Source: a virus | Virus record (IMG/VR): IMGVR_UViG_3300020156_000022 | Location: 40,983-104,982 of that record | Reading direction: 5' to 3' (one strand) | DNA length: 64,000 nucleotides | Part shown: one piece after another, positions 7,403 to 14,094 of the stretch | How positions within the stretch are numbered: the stretch's first letter is position 1 | Layout: each line of letters starts with the position of its first letter | Position numbers and translations under genes: made by a program | Notes under the pieces: model-generated | Told to the model about the DNA's origin: nothing | What the model saw: the letters and a program-made list of their open reading frames with translations, nothing else | Database searches by the model: none

Positions 7403-7454
7403 ATAGTAAGCGCAAGTGCGTCCAGTTTGCCCGGTCCTCGCGCTTACATCTACT

Positions 7455-7483
7455 ACTTTACATCGTCTTGGCTAGCTTGTCAA
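7455..7483 (-). promoter_or_regulatory. SigA/HrdB-type promoter
   Basis: TTGACA-17nt-TAAAGT. Confidence 0.75.
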
Positions 7484-7644
7484 CCCTCTAGACTCATAGA
7501 ATTTGCCAGAAGGATGTAGCCCTTTGCTGCTTCAGCCAATGCTTGAAGTCGATTCGCTTGAGCTTCACTCAAGTTGTAGCCCTGCGAGTCTTTTACCTTC
7601 TTCAGGCATTCCTCTGCTGACCTGAGTGCTTCATTTCGTGTCAT
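7480..7644 (-). CDS. Small leaderless hypothetical protein, 54 aa
   Basis: MTRNEALRSAEECLKKVK...; ATG 6 nt after the -10 of TTGACG-17-TAGGCT (7651-7679). Confidence 0.7.
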   Translation of the reverse strand: MTRNEALRSAEECLKKVKDSQGYNLSEAQANRLQALAEAAKGYILLANSMSLEG

Positions 7645-7692
7645 GCACCTAGCCTACAGGACTCTGACAGGATCGTCAAGGCTACGTATCTG

Positions 7693-7896
7693 TTATTTCT
7701 TAAATCTTCCTCGGCCTATAGCTCGTTGACTAATCAAATCAAGTAACTGCTCACGAATATCCATATTACGATTAAGAATTTTACGAGTATTAGCGATAGT
7801 AGTCTGACAGTTTGCTATGGCCGTCTCGACATCTAATAACTCTTCAGACAACTCTTTATCTGACCAATCACCGTAATCTGGTTGTTCAGTAAGCAT
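7693..7896 (-). CDS. Hypothetical coiled-coil protein
   Basis: ORF with SD, operon context. Confidence 0.65.
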   Translation of the reverse strand: MLTEQPDYGDWSDKELSEELLDVETAIANCQTTIANTRKILNRNMDIREQLLDLISQRAIGRGRFKK

Positions 7897-7900
7897 TTAT

Positions 7901-8506
7901 CTATTCCTTTTCATTTGGGTAAACATCATAGATCTTAAAATTATCAAAGGATCGGCTTATAGTTGGCCCAGCCTGGTACTGATAGTGCGATCCAGCTGCT
8001 CTTGAACCATACAACAAAGTAGTCGGCTCTGGTAAGTGGTAGAAGCCAAGTTGACTAACTTTCATACCTGGCCATAACAACAAAGGCATAGTTCCACTAT
8101 TACTTAATTCTAAGGTAATTTGCCCTTCAAATCCTGGATCAATAAACCCCGCAGTAGCATGAATAACCAACCCTAGCCTGCCTAAAGAACTTTTACCCTC
8201 AAGCTTAGCGGCTATGTTAGCACCTAATGCAATAGTTTCAAAGGTACAACCTAGCACAAATGCTCCTGGCTCTAATACAAATGCAGAACCCTTTGGAACA
8301 AATACATCTGTAAAGTAATCAGTTGAGTCTTCTTTAGGATCTACCAACGGCGCGTCCGCAGGGGAATCAAATTGTAACTGTACCTTAAACTCAGGAGAAA
8401 GTGTCATATCATAACTGGCAGGCTGAATTAGCTCTTCCCTGAAAGGCTGGATGATAATATTTTGGAATCTAATCTCTTCAAGAATTCCTCTATTAGATAC
8501 TAGCAT
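7901..8506 (-). CDS. dcd: dCTP deaminase
   Basis: IQPASYD, LEGKSSLGRLGL, HATAGFIDPGFEGQITLE. Confidence 0.95.
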   Translation of the reverse strand: MLVSNRGILEEIRFQNIIIQPFREELIQPASYDMTLSPEFKVQLQFDSPADAPLVDPKEDSTDYFTDVFVPKGSAFVLEPGAFVLGCTFETIALGANIAAKLEGKSSLGRLGLVIHATAGFIDPGFEGQITLELSNSGTMPLLLWPGMKVSQLGFYHLPEPTTLLYGSRAAGSHYQYQAGPTISRSFDNFKIYDVYPNEKE

Positions 8507-8732
8507 GATCTTCTCTCCATTCTAGTTTCACCTTGCCGCTTTCATGGAAAGCAAGATCAAGTATGGTATTATTATATACCTTTACCAGATCAATCTCAAT
8601 CTTTTTACCTAAAGGTACATATTTTCTTAGCAATGCCGCTGCGACAGCCTCATAGATTCTTACTTTTTCTTCAAGCACATCAAAAGACCTGGATGCTAGG
8701 TACTCATCCAGGTCTATAAATTCATTTGACAT
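8493..8732 (-). CDS. Hypothetical protein
   Basis: ORF with AAGG SD. Confidence 0.65.
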   Translation of the reverse strand: MSNEFIDLDEYLASRSFDVLEEKVRIYEAVAAALLRKYVPLGKKIEIDLVKVYNNTILDLAFHESGKVKLEWREDHASI

Positions 8733-8823
8733 TACTTACCTTTCTCAAGAAAATAGGAGCCGCATCGACAAACAACTTGCGGATCTTTGCCTACAAGTTA
8801 TCCTGGAGGTTGGCTCCTATTTG

Positions 8824-9174
8824 CTAGTATGCCTTATATTCAGCATGTCCAGCACTGACCATTCGATCATTGATGCTAGGAGTTTTAGTAGGGTCTTCTC
8901 CCCAAAGCCATAACTCTCCTAAATATCGGCCATACTTTTCTTTTTTATCCTTGGTAGTCATAACATATAGATACTTAAAACTACCATCAGGATTAGTAAG
9001 TAATTTCAATAACCATGCCCTGGCATTCTTACCGGCTTGTGTGGGTAGCTCAGGAGCATTAATTCTGTTGAATCTAATATGCATGTCTTGAAGAAGATCA
9101 CAACCAGCGTCTCGCCTTATTGTGATTGTATCAGCATCATAGACAGTTAAGATTTCAGCAGGGTAATCATACAT
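8824..9174 (-). CDS. Thermonuclease (SNase-like) family protein
   Basis: VYDADTI, IRFNRINAPE, KEKYGRYLG, INDRMVSAGHA. Confidence 0.88.
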   Translation of the reverse strand: MYDYPAEILTVYDADTITIRRDAGCDLLQDMHIRFNRINAPELPTQAGKNARAWLLKLLTNPDGSFKYLYVMTTKDKKEKYGRYLGELWLWGEDPTKTPSINDRMVSAGHAEYKAY

Positions 9175-9296
9175 ATTTATCTCCCATCGTATAAGAGATA
9201 AATCGGTAATAATTGAGGGTTGCAACTTCCAGTACAGCCGTGCAGCTTTCCCGGTTAACCAGATAGCTTTCTCACCTGTTCGTGGACCTCAATAAG

Positions 9297-9375
9297 AGCA
9301 GATAGGCGGAATCGAACCGCAGACATAAGACGCCTTTTGCAGAGGCGCGGCTATCACCAATAACCTTCTATCTGC
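9297..9375 (-). tRNA. tRNA-Cys(GCA) with non-canonical 8/4 fold
   Basis: 8 bp acceptor GCAGATAG/CTATCTGC, 4 bp T stem, long D stem, loop CTGCAAA, U73. Confidence 0.8.
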
Positions 9376-9410
9376 ACGTAAAGAATAATATTATTCTTTA
9401 CTAATAGAAT

Positions 9411-9521
9411 TTACTTTTTACCAGTACCTTTACATGCATTACAATCTATAGGAGGAAGACTATTACGTTCAAAAAACCCTCTACCTCTACATGACATACA
9501 TATTTCTTTTTCTTTTTCCAT
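9411..9521 (-). CDS. DnaJ-type zinc-finger microprotein, 36 aa
   Basis: MEKEKEICMSCRGRGFFERNSLPPIDCNACKGTGKK, two CxxCxGxG repeats; ATG directly after tRNA-Thr. Confidence 0.75.
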   Translation of the reverse strand: MEKEKEICMSCRGRGFFERNSLPPIDCNACKGTGKK

Positions 9522-9522
9522 G

Positions 9523-9597
9523 AGCCACCAGAGAGAATCGAACTCTCGACCTTTTCCGTACCAAGGAAACACTCTGACCAAACTGAGCTATGGCGGC
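9523..9597 (-). tRNA. tRNA-Thr(GGT)
   Basis: GCCGCCA/TGGTGGC, loop TTGGTAC. Confidence 0.92.
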
Positions 9598-9684
9598 AAA
9601 ACTAGTTTTTAGAAGCAGCCATTTCCCTTCCGGGCGGTACTGTGGAGAGACCCTTAGTTTCAAGGCTGAACTAGAAACCTTCCG

Positions 9685-9759
9685 AGCGGCCAGTGTGGCT
9701 CGAACACACTACTCTCTGCTTACGAGGCAGGGGCTTTAACCTGATTAAGCTACAGCCGC
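9685..9759 (-). tRNA. tRNA-Thr(CGT)
   Basis: GCGGCTG/TGGCCGC, loop CTCGTAA. Confidence 0.85.
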
Positions 9760-9763
9760 AATA

Positions 9764-9922
9764 TTAGTTAGACAATCTTTTTTGTTTTGTGCCGCAAGGC
9801 ACATGAGTAACTACCTTATTCTTGATTCTCCATCCACGAGTGCCTTTGCAATTGTCGCACACCCTAGGACCATTCTCATCAATGAGTCTTCCTCCGATTG
9901 TTGCATTATCTGTATTTGCCAT
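9764..9922 (-). CDS. Zinc-binding microprotein, 52 aa
   Basis: MANTDNATIGG...VCDNCKGTRGW...THVPCGTK; ATG directly after tRNA-Gly. Confidence 0.65.
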   Translation of the reverse strand: MANTDNATIGGRLIDENGPRVCDNCKGTRGWRIKNKVVTHVPCGTKQKRLSN

Positions 9923-9923
9923 G

Positions 9924-9994
9924 AGCGGAAGACGGGAATCGAACCCGCGACAAAACGTTGGAAGCGTCTTATGTTACCTCTACACCACATCCGC
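9924..9994 (-). tRNA. tRNA-Gly(TCC)
   Basis: GCGGATG/CTTCCGC, loop CTTCCAA, U73. Confidence 0.9.
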
Positions 9995-9996
9995 AT

Positions 9997-10079
9997 TGGT
10001 GCAACCGTACAGCCTGCGAGAATCTATTAGGCACGATTCTCATTGTCCTAGTGCCTGTAGGGACCAGCTTATCGGTTGC
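9997..10079 (-). ncRNA. CCA-ended RNA with acceptor-like stem and internal pseudoknot
   Basis: GCAACCG/CGGTTGC-A-CCA enclosing crossed helices AGGCAC/GTGCCT and GAGAATC/GATTCTC. Confidence 0.55.
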
Positions 10080-10163
10080 GTTGAGAAGTTTTCTAAGGCA
10101 TAAGCCTCGCATCTGAGCGGCCACTCTAGCATTAGCGCCCACCTATTCTCCCAAATCTCCGCG

Positions 10164-10234
10164 AGCGGCTAACGAGAATCGAACTCGTGCTTAAACCTTG
10201 GCAAGGTTTCGTGATACCATTTCACTATAGCCGC
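10164..10234 (-). tRNA. tRNA-Gly(GCC)
   Basis: GCGGCTA/TAGCCGC, loop TTGCCAA. Confidence 0.93.
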
Positions 10235-10243
10235 AATATTTAC

Positions 10244-10360
10244 TTATAGAAGTTTCTTGTCTATATAACCATTCTTACACTTGCCAGGACAATCTTTTAT
10301 TTTGCCTGCTTTAACTATAAAGCCCCTACCTCTACATGTCAAGCACATGACCAAGGCCAT
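10244..10360 (-). CDS. DnaJ-type zinc-finger microprotein, 38 aa
   Basis: MALVMCLTCRGRGFIVKAGKIKDCPGKCKNGYIDKKLL; GAGG SD. Confidence 0.7.
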   Translation of the reverse strand: MALVMCLTCRGRGFIVKAGKIKDCPGKCKNGYIDKKLL

Positions 10361-10365
10361 AAAAG

Positions 10366-10530
10366 TTAACCTCTTTTTCTAGGAGTATTCTTTACTCTTT
10401 TAATAAAGTCTTGTTGATTTTTCTTTGAAGTAGTTGCCAACAACGCAGCCGCATCTTCAAATTTCTTTTCTCTCAGAAGAGAGGCAGCAGTAAGATTAGC
10501 TTTTTTATCTAAACTGCTATGCTTTCCCAT
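10366..10530 (-). CDS. Small basic protein, 54 aa (start MGKHSS)
   Basis: GGAGG SD upstream of ATG. Confidence 0.65.
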   Translation of the reverse strand: MGKHSSLDKKANLTAASLLREKKFEDAAALLATTSKKNQQDFIKRVKNTPRKRG

Positions 10531-10657
10531 TGCGCTTAGCCTCCAAGTATTCTGCTTCTGAAAGCTTTGCTTTTGCAAGGTTTCTTATAGAAGGAGTCTT
10601 AGCTGCTTTACGTGTAGCTTTATTTAATTTTGTCCAAGGATCTTTTTTCTTAAGCAT
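10517..10657 (-). CDS. Small basic protein, 46 aa
   Basis: MLKKKDPWTKLNKATRKAAKTPSIRNLAKAKLSEAEYLEAKRNGKA; ATG directly after tRNA-Asp. Confidence 0.6.
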   Translation of the reverse strand: MLKKKDPWTKLNKATRKAAKTPSIRNLAKAKLSEAEYLEAKRNGKA

Positions 10658-10658
10658 G

Positions 10659-10733
10659 CGCGACTGAAGGGATTTGAACCCTCGATCTCTTGATTGACAA
10701 TCAAGTGCTTTAACCAGGCTAAGCTACAACCGC
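10659..10733 (-). tRNA. tRNA-Asp(GTC)
   Basis: GCGGTTG/CAGTCGC, loop TTGTCAA, G73. Confidence 0.9.
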
Positions 10734-10736
10734 ATA

Positions 10737-10859
10737 GAATTTTGCTGGAATCGAACCAGCGATGCAGGCTTTGCCCCGCATACCTCTCCAGAGGTGCTGT
10801 TATATAGGAATCGAACCTACCACCATAGTGTTACCTATGTCCTCCCCAAGAGGGTCAGC
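10737..10859 (-). ncRNA. Two tandem tRNA-like modules with canonical T arms but no proper acceptor stem
   Basis: Each unit: CCTC..GAGG hairpin, second hairpin, GG-TTCGATT-CC T arm. Confidence 0.5.
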
Positions 10860-10860
10860 G

Positions 10861-10933
10861 CGCTCACGACCGGATTCGAACCGGCGACTTCTTCCGTGAC
10901 AGGGAAGCACTCTTACCGCTGAGTTACGCAAGC
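10861..10933 (-). tRNA. tRNA-Asp(GTC), second copy
   Basis: GCTTGCG/CGTGAGC, loop CTGTCAC. Confidence 0.9.
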
Positions 10934-10989
10934 ATGGAGCTGGGAACAAGGGCCTACCGTCAAATCCCTTGATAAACGGATTCCCAACG

Positions 10990-11065
10990 CCCGAGCAACA
11001 GGATTCGAACCTGCATGTTTCCGTTAACCTTTCAACTGGTTCGTAGCCAGAGGGTATACGCCCGG
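10990..11065 (-). tRNA. Atypical tRNA-Arg(ACG) lacking a D arm at the normal position
   Basis: CCGGGCG/TGCTCGG, CTGG-CTACGAA-CCAG, canonical T arm. Confidence 0.65.
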
Positions 11066-11124
11066 ATGATGTAAGCGAAACCTGCTCAGTAAGGATAATT
11101 TTGGTTGTCCTGCTTACATCTACT

Positions 11125-11153
11125 ACTCTACATCAAACTTCTAATCGTGTCAA
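11125..11153 (-). promoter_or_regulatory. SigA/HrdB-type promoter at start of tRNA array
   Basis: TTGACA-17nt-TAGAGT. Confidence 0.78.
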
Positions 11154-11161
11154 GCCCTCAA

Positions 11162-11791
11162 TCAAGGTGCGTTTACAGCAACTATTGGAGACACATAATA
11201 AAAGGAGTTGAACACATTTAGCGATGAAGAGCTGCTAGGAGGACTGTTAGATACTCCTAGTCTAGACACTTCGTGGAAAACATTATTGGACGGTGATTTT
11301 ACCACCCACGTACCTGGAGCACCAGGGGGACTAGCAAATACATAGTGCCAAGTATACACAGCAGCAACATAATCATATGTAAACCCGTCTAATAACCTTA
11401 CGGGAGAATCAAACATAACATTATTATACTGCCCAGGTACGGGAGTAAACTCTTTACTAGCCAGAAGTGAATTATCTTGCTTACGATAAAGCATTACTCG
11501 GTGGTTAACTGTAGGTAATCCTGGATTAGGTGTGTTAGTAGGTGCGCGCCATTGAATACCTAAGCAATCTCGCTGGCCGACTCCACCAGTTAAGGCAAAC
11601 TCCGCACCCATAGCATAATACGTTGAACCATCTACACCGTCAACCCCTGTAGGTTGATAAGGCCAAGTTAATGTTTCTGTTAGAACAGGAGCACTGGCAC
11701 CAAAATCATCCCAAGCTCCTTCATAACGTACTTTACCTTGGTTACTGGCATTTACCCACGCCCCAGATCGGCGACCTTTAATTACACTCAT
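11162..11791 (-). CDS. Virion/tail-fibre-associated beta-rich protein (DUF4082-like)
   Basis: Coupled to fibre gene; GAEF..GIQW..NNVMFDSPVRL..YVAAVY pattern. Confidence 0.55.
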   Translation of the reverse strand: MSVIKGRRSGAWVNASNQGKVRYEGAWDDFGASAPVLTETLTWPYQPTGVDGVDGSTYYAMGAEFALTGGVGQRDCLGIQWRAPTNTPNPGLPTVNHRVMLYRKQDNSLLASKEFTPVPGQYNNVMFDSPVRLLDGFTYDYVAAVYTWHYVFASPPGAPGTWVVKSPSNNVFHEVSRLGVSNSPPSSSSSLNVFNSFYYVSPIVAVNAP

Positions 11792-13506
11792 GCGTCTGTA
11801 TCAATCCAAATAGATCCGTCAGGAACAGTACCAGGATCATTTGGACCAACATATATCCTGGCAGTTGAAGCTTCTACGTATGCGGAACCATTCCATAGCA
11901 TAACAACTGGTGTCATGTCTTCCACAGCAGTAACTCTGTTAGAAATTGCTGTAACAGTAGAAGTAGCTGCTTTAGCGTCTAAAGCTGTTTGAGTAGCTGT
12001 TGAAATAGGCTTATTCAAGTCTGAGGTATTGTCGACATTGCCTAAACCTACATCGCCCTTAACTAAGGTTACGGTGCCGGTTTTTCCAGCTACGCTGTCT
12101 ACAGGGAAATCTAAATCAGTTATCTGAGACTGTGTATGAGTATGGCTGGTATTAGCTTTTCCATTAAGTGCGGTTTGTGTAGCAGAGGAAATAGGCTTAT
12201 TAGCGTCAGAAGTATTATCTACGTTAGCAAGACCTACATCAGCCTTTACAAGAGTAACCACACCAGTTTTGCCTGCAACACTATCGACAGGGAAATCCAA
12301 GTCAGTAATCTGTGCCTGAGTATGGGTATGCCCTGTATTGGACTTTCCATCCAAAGCGGTCTGGGTTGCGGTACTGATTGGCTTTGATAGGTCTGAAGTA
12401 TTATCTACATTAGCCAACCCTACATCTGATTTTGTCAAAACTACATCACCAGTTCTACCGGCAACACTATCTACTGGATAATCAATGGTTGGAGTATCTT
12501 CCAAATCATTATAACTACCAGAAGTAGCTACATCTGCCAAAGATGAGATATTAGCTTTAGCATCAAGCGCAGCTTGAGTAGCAGTACTGATAGGTTTGCT
12601 TACATCAGAAGTATTGTCAACATTAGCTAATCCAACATCAGCCTTAGTTAATACAACATCACCAGTTCTGCCAGCAACGCTAGATACTTCAGATGAGCCT
12701 CCTACTGGCTTATCGAGTAAATCATTGTAACTTCCTGTAGTTGCTACAGTTGCTAAATCTGATATATTAGCCTTACTATTTAAAGCTGTTTGTGTAGCTG
12801 TGCTGACAGGCTTAGCCAGATCTGCGGTGTTGTCAACATTAGCAAGACCTACATCAGTCTTATTTAACGCTACTGCTCCTGTTTTACCCGCTACGCTAGT
12901 CACACTAGCCGTTGGAATTGTAGGCTTGTCAGCTAGGTCATTATAGCTTCCTGTAGTGGCTACAGTTGCCAATGAGCTAGTGTTCGCCTTACCCGCTAAA
13001 GCAGTATTTACCTCAGTTTCGGTATAATACCTATCATCGTGCAGGTGATCACCAAAAGCTACTTGAGAATGAGTAGTACCTACTGGCAATCGTGCAATAG
13101 ACAATACACCTGAAGTAATATCTGAAGCTGAATGCTCATGAGGCCCAGATGGTTGCTGAGTAACAGGTGCATTAACTACAGGAACTAGCTTTGATACTGG
13201 CAAGATATGATTAGGAGTATCGTAAGGAATGGCAACAGTCATAGTAGAGTAGTCACCAGACAACTTAAATACTAAGGTATAAGTCCAGCCAGAAGGAGTC
13301 CATTCAGGGTCATCGGTAGCTGGTAAAGCTACAGACACATATCCCTGAGAATTCAATGTTGCTTTGATCATAGAAGGTACTACTGTAGTAGTTCCGGCAG
13401 ATTCAAGAACATAGCCTCTGGAATAGAATTCTAAACTTCCTGACTCAGGTGTTCCATCTGCCTTTAGAAAGGTTCCTTGCACAGTAATCATTGTAGGCAT
13501 TCCCAC
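11788..13506 (-). CDS. Tail fibre/spike-like protein with tandem repeats
   Basis: Five VSSVAGKTG.V.L.K.DVGL.NVDNTSD..KPISTATQTAL-type repeats, plus LATVATTGSYNDL and HTHTQ.QITDL repeats. Confidence 0.8.
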   Translation of the reverse strand: MGMPTMITVQGTFLKADGTPESGSLEFYSRGYVLESAGTTTVVPSMIKATLNSQGYVSVALPATDDPEWTPSGWTYTLVFKLSGDYSTMTVAIPYDTPNHILPVSKLVPVVNAPVTQQPSGPHEHSASDITSGVLSIARLPVGTTHSQVAFGDHLHDDRYYTETEVNTALAGKANTSSLATVATTGSYNDLADKPTIPTASVTSVAGKTGAVALNKTDVGLANVDNTADLAKPVSTATQTALNSKANISDLATVATTGSYNDLLDKPVGGSSEVSSVAGRTGDVVLTKADVGLANVDNTSDVSKPISTATQAALDAKANISSLADVATSGSYNDLEDTPTIDYPVDSVAGRTGDVVLTKSDVGLANVDNTSDLSKPISTATQTALDGKSNTGHTHTQAQITDLDFPVDSVAGKTGVVTLVKADVGLANVDNTSDANKPISSATQTALNGKANTSHTHTQSQITDLDFPVDSVAGKTGTVTLVKGDVGLGNVDNTSDLNKPISTATQTALDAKAATSTVTAISNRVTAVEDMTPVVMLWNGSAYVEASTARIYVGPNDPGTVPDGSIWIDTDA

Positions 13507-13530
13507 AGCAATACCTCACTTAAAATAAAA

Positions 13531-13564
13531 ATGGTAGCCGACTAATGATATAATCGGCTACCAT
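13531..13564 (-). terminator. Intrinsic terminator containing late-promoter motif
   Basis: ATGGTAGCCGA...TCGGCTACCAT followed by TTTTATTTT. Confidence 0.75.
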
Positions 13565-13569
13565 CTTAA

Positions 13570-14055
13570 TTACTTCCTGTTGTAAAGATCAGTCCACTCG
13601 GGCACTCGTGGTGCAAACAACAAAGGCATCCTAGCTTCGTCAGGTGTTCTATCCCTCTTTTTGTTATTACATGGAGAGCATGCAGCAACAGTATTCTTCC
13701 AGGAATTCTTACCTCCCTTAGAACGAGGAATTACGTGATCAATAGTGTTCGCCCTGCCGTTACAGAAAGCACAAACATACTTATCACGTCTCAATACGCC
13801 AGATTTAGACCATTTAGGCTGCCTTTGATACCTCCAAGTAGTAACAACATACCTTAGAAGTCTGACAGAAATAGGACGTATGAAAACACCTATTAACTCA
13901 TCTGCTGCCTCATGTACTTCAGCCACACCGCGAACGATCATTCTAATCGCATGATTTAGAGATACGGTGTGAAGTACTTGAAGGTCTGCGTTTAATACTG
14001 TTACATTTCCACTCATCACCGCACTCCTTTCAAATAAATCGCGGTGTAAAATCAT
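13570..14055 (-). CDS. HNH endonuclease
   Basis: VLRRDKYVCAFC, TIDHVIPRSKGG, WKNTVAACSPCNNKK. Confidence 0.92.
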   Translation of the reverse strand: MILHRDLFERSAVMSGNVTVLNADLQVLHTVSLNHAIRMIVRGVAEVHEAADELIGVFIRPISVRLLRYVVTTWRYQRQPKWSKSGVLRRDKYVCAFCNGRANTIDHVIPRSKGGKNSWKNTVAACSPCNNKKRDRTPDEARMPLLFAPRVPEWTDLYNRK

Positions 14056-14061
14056 GCGCCT

Positions 14062-14090
14062 AGCTTACCACCAAGCGCATGACCTGTCAA
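14062..14090 (-). promoter_or_regulatory. SigA/HrdB-type promoter
   Basis: TTGACA-17nt-TAAGCT. Confidence 0.75.
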
Positions 14091-14094
14091 CATC

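Noticed and set aside
10030-10110. Possible HDV-like/theta ribozyme (P1 GGCTTAT/ATAAGCT, P2 TTCTCA/TGAGAA, CAA linker)
   Set aside because: The P3/L3 segment is only 9 nt and lacks the required pairing, and it competes with the better acceptor-plus-pseudoknot fold; a descriptor search would settle it
11950-13000. Periodic DNA repeats considered as a CRISPR array
   Set aside because: They are degenerate in-frame coding repeats of the fibre protein, without constant repeat and unique spacer structure
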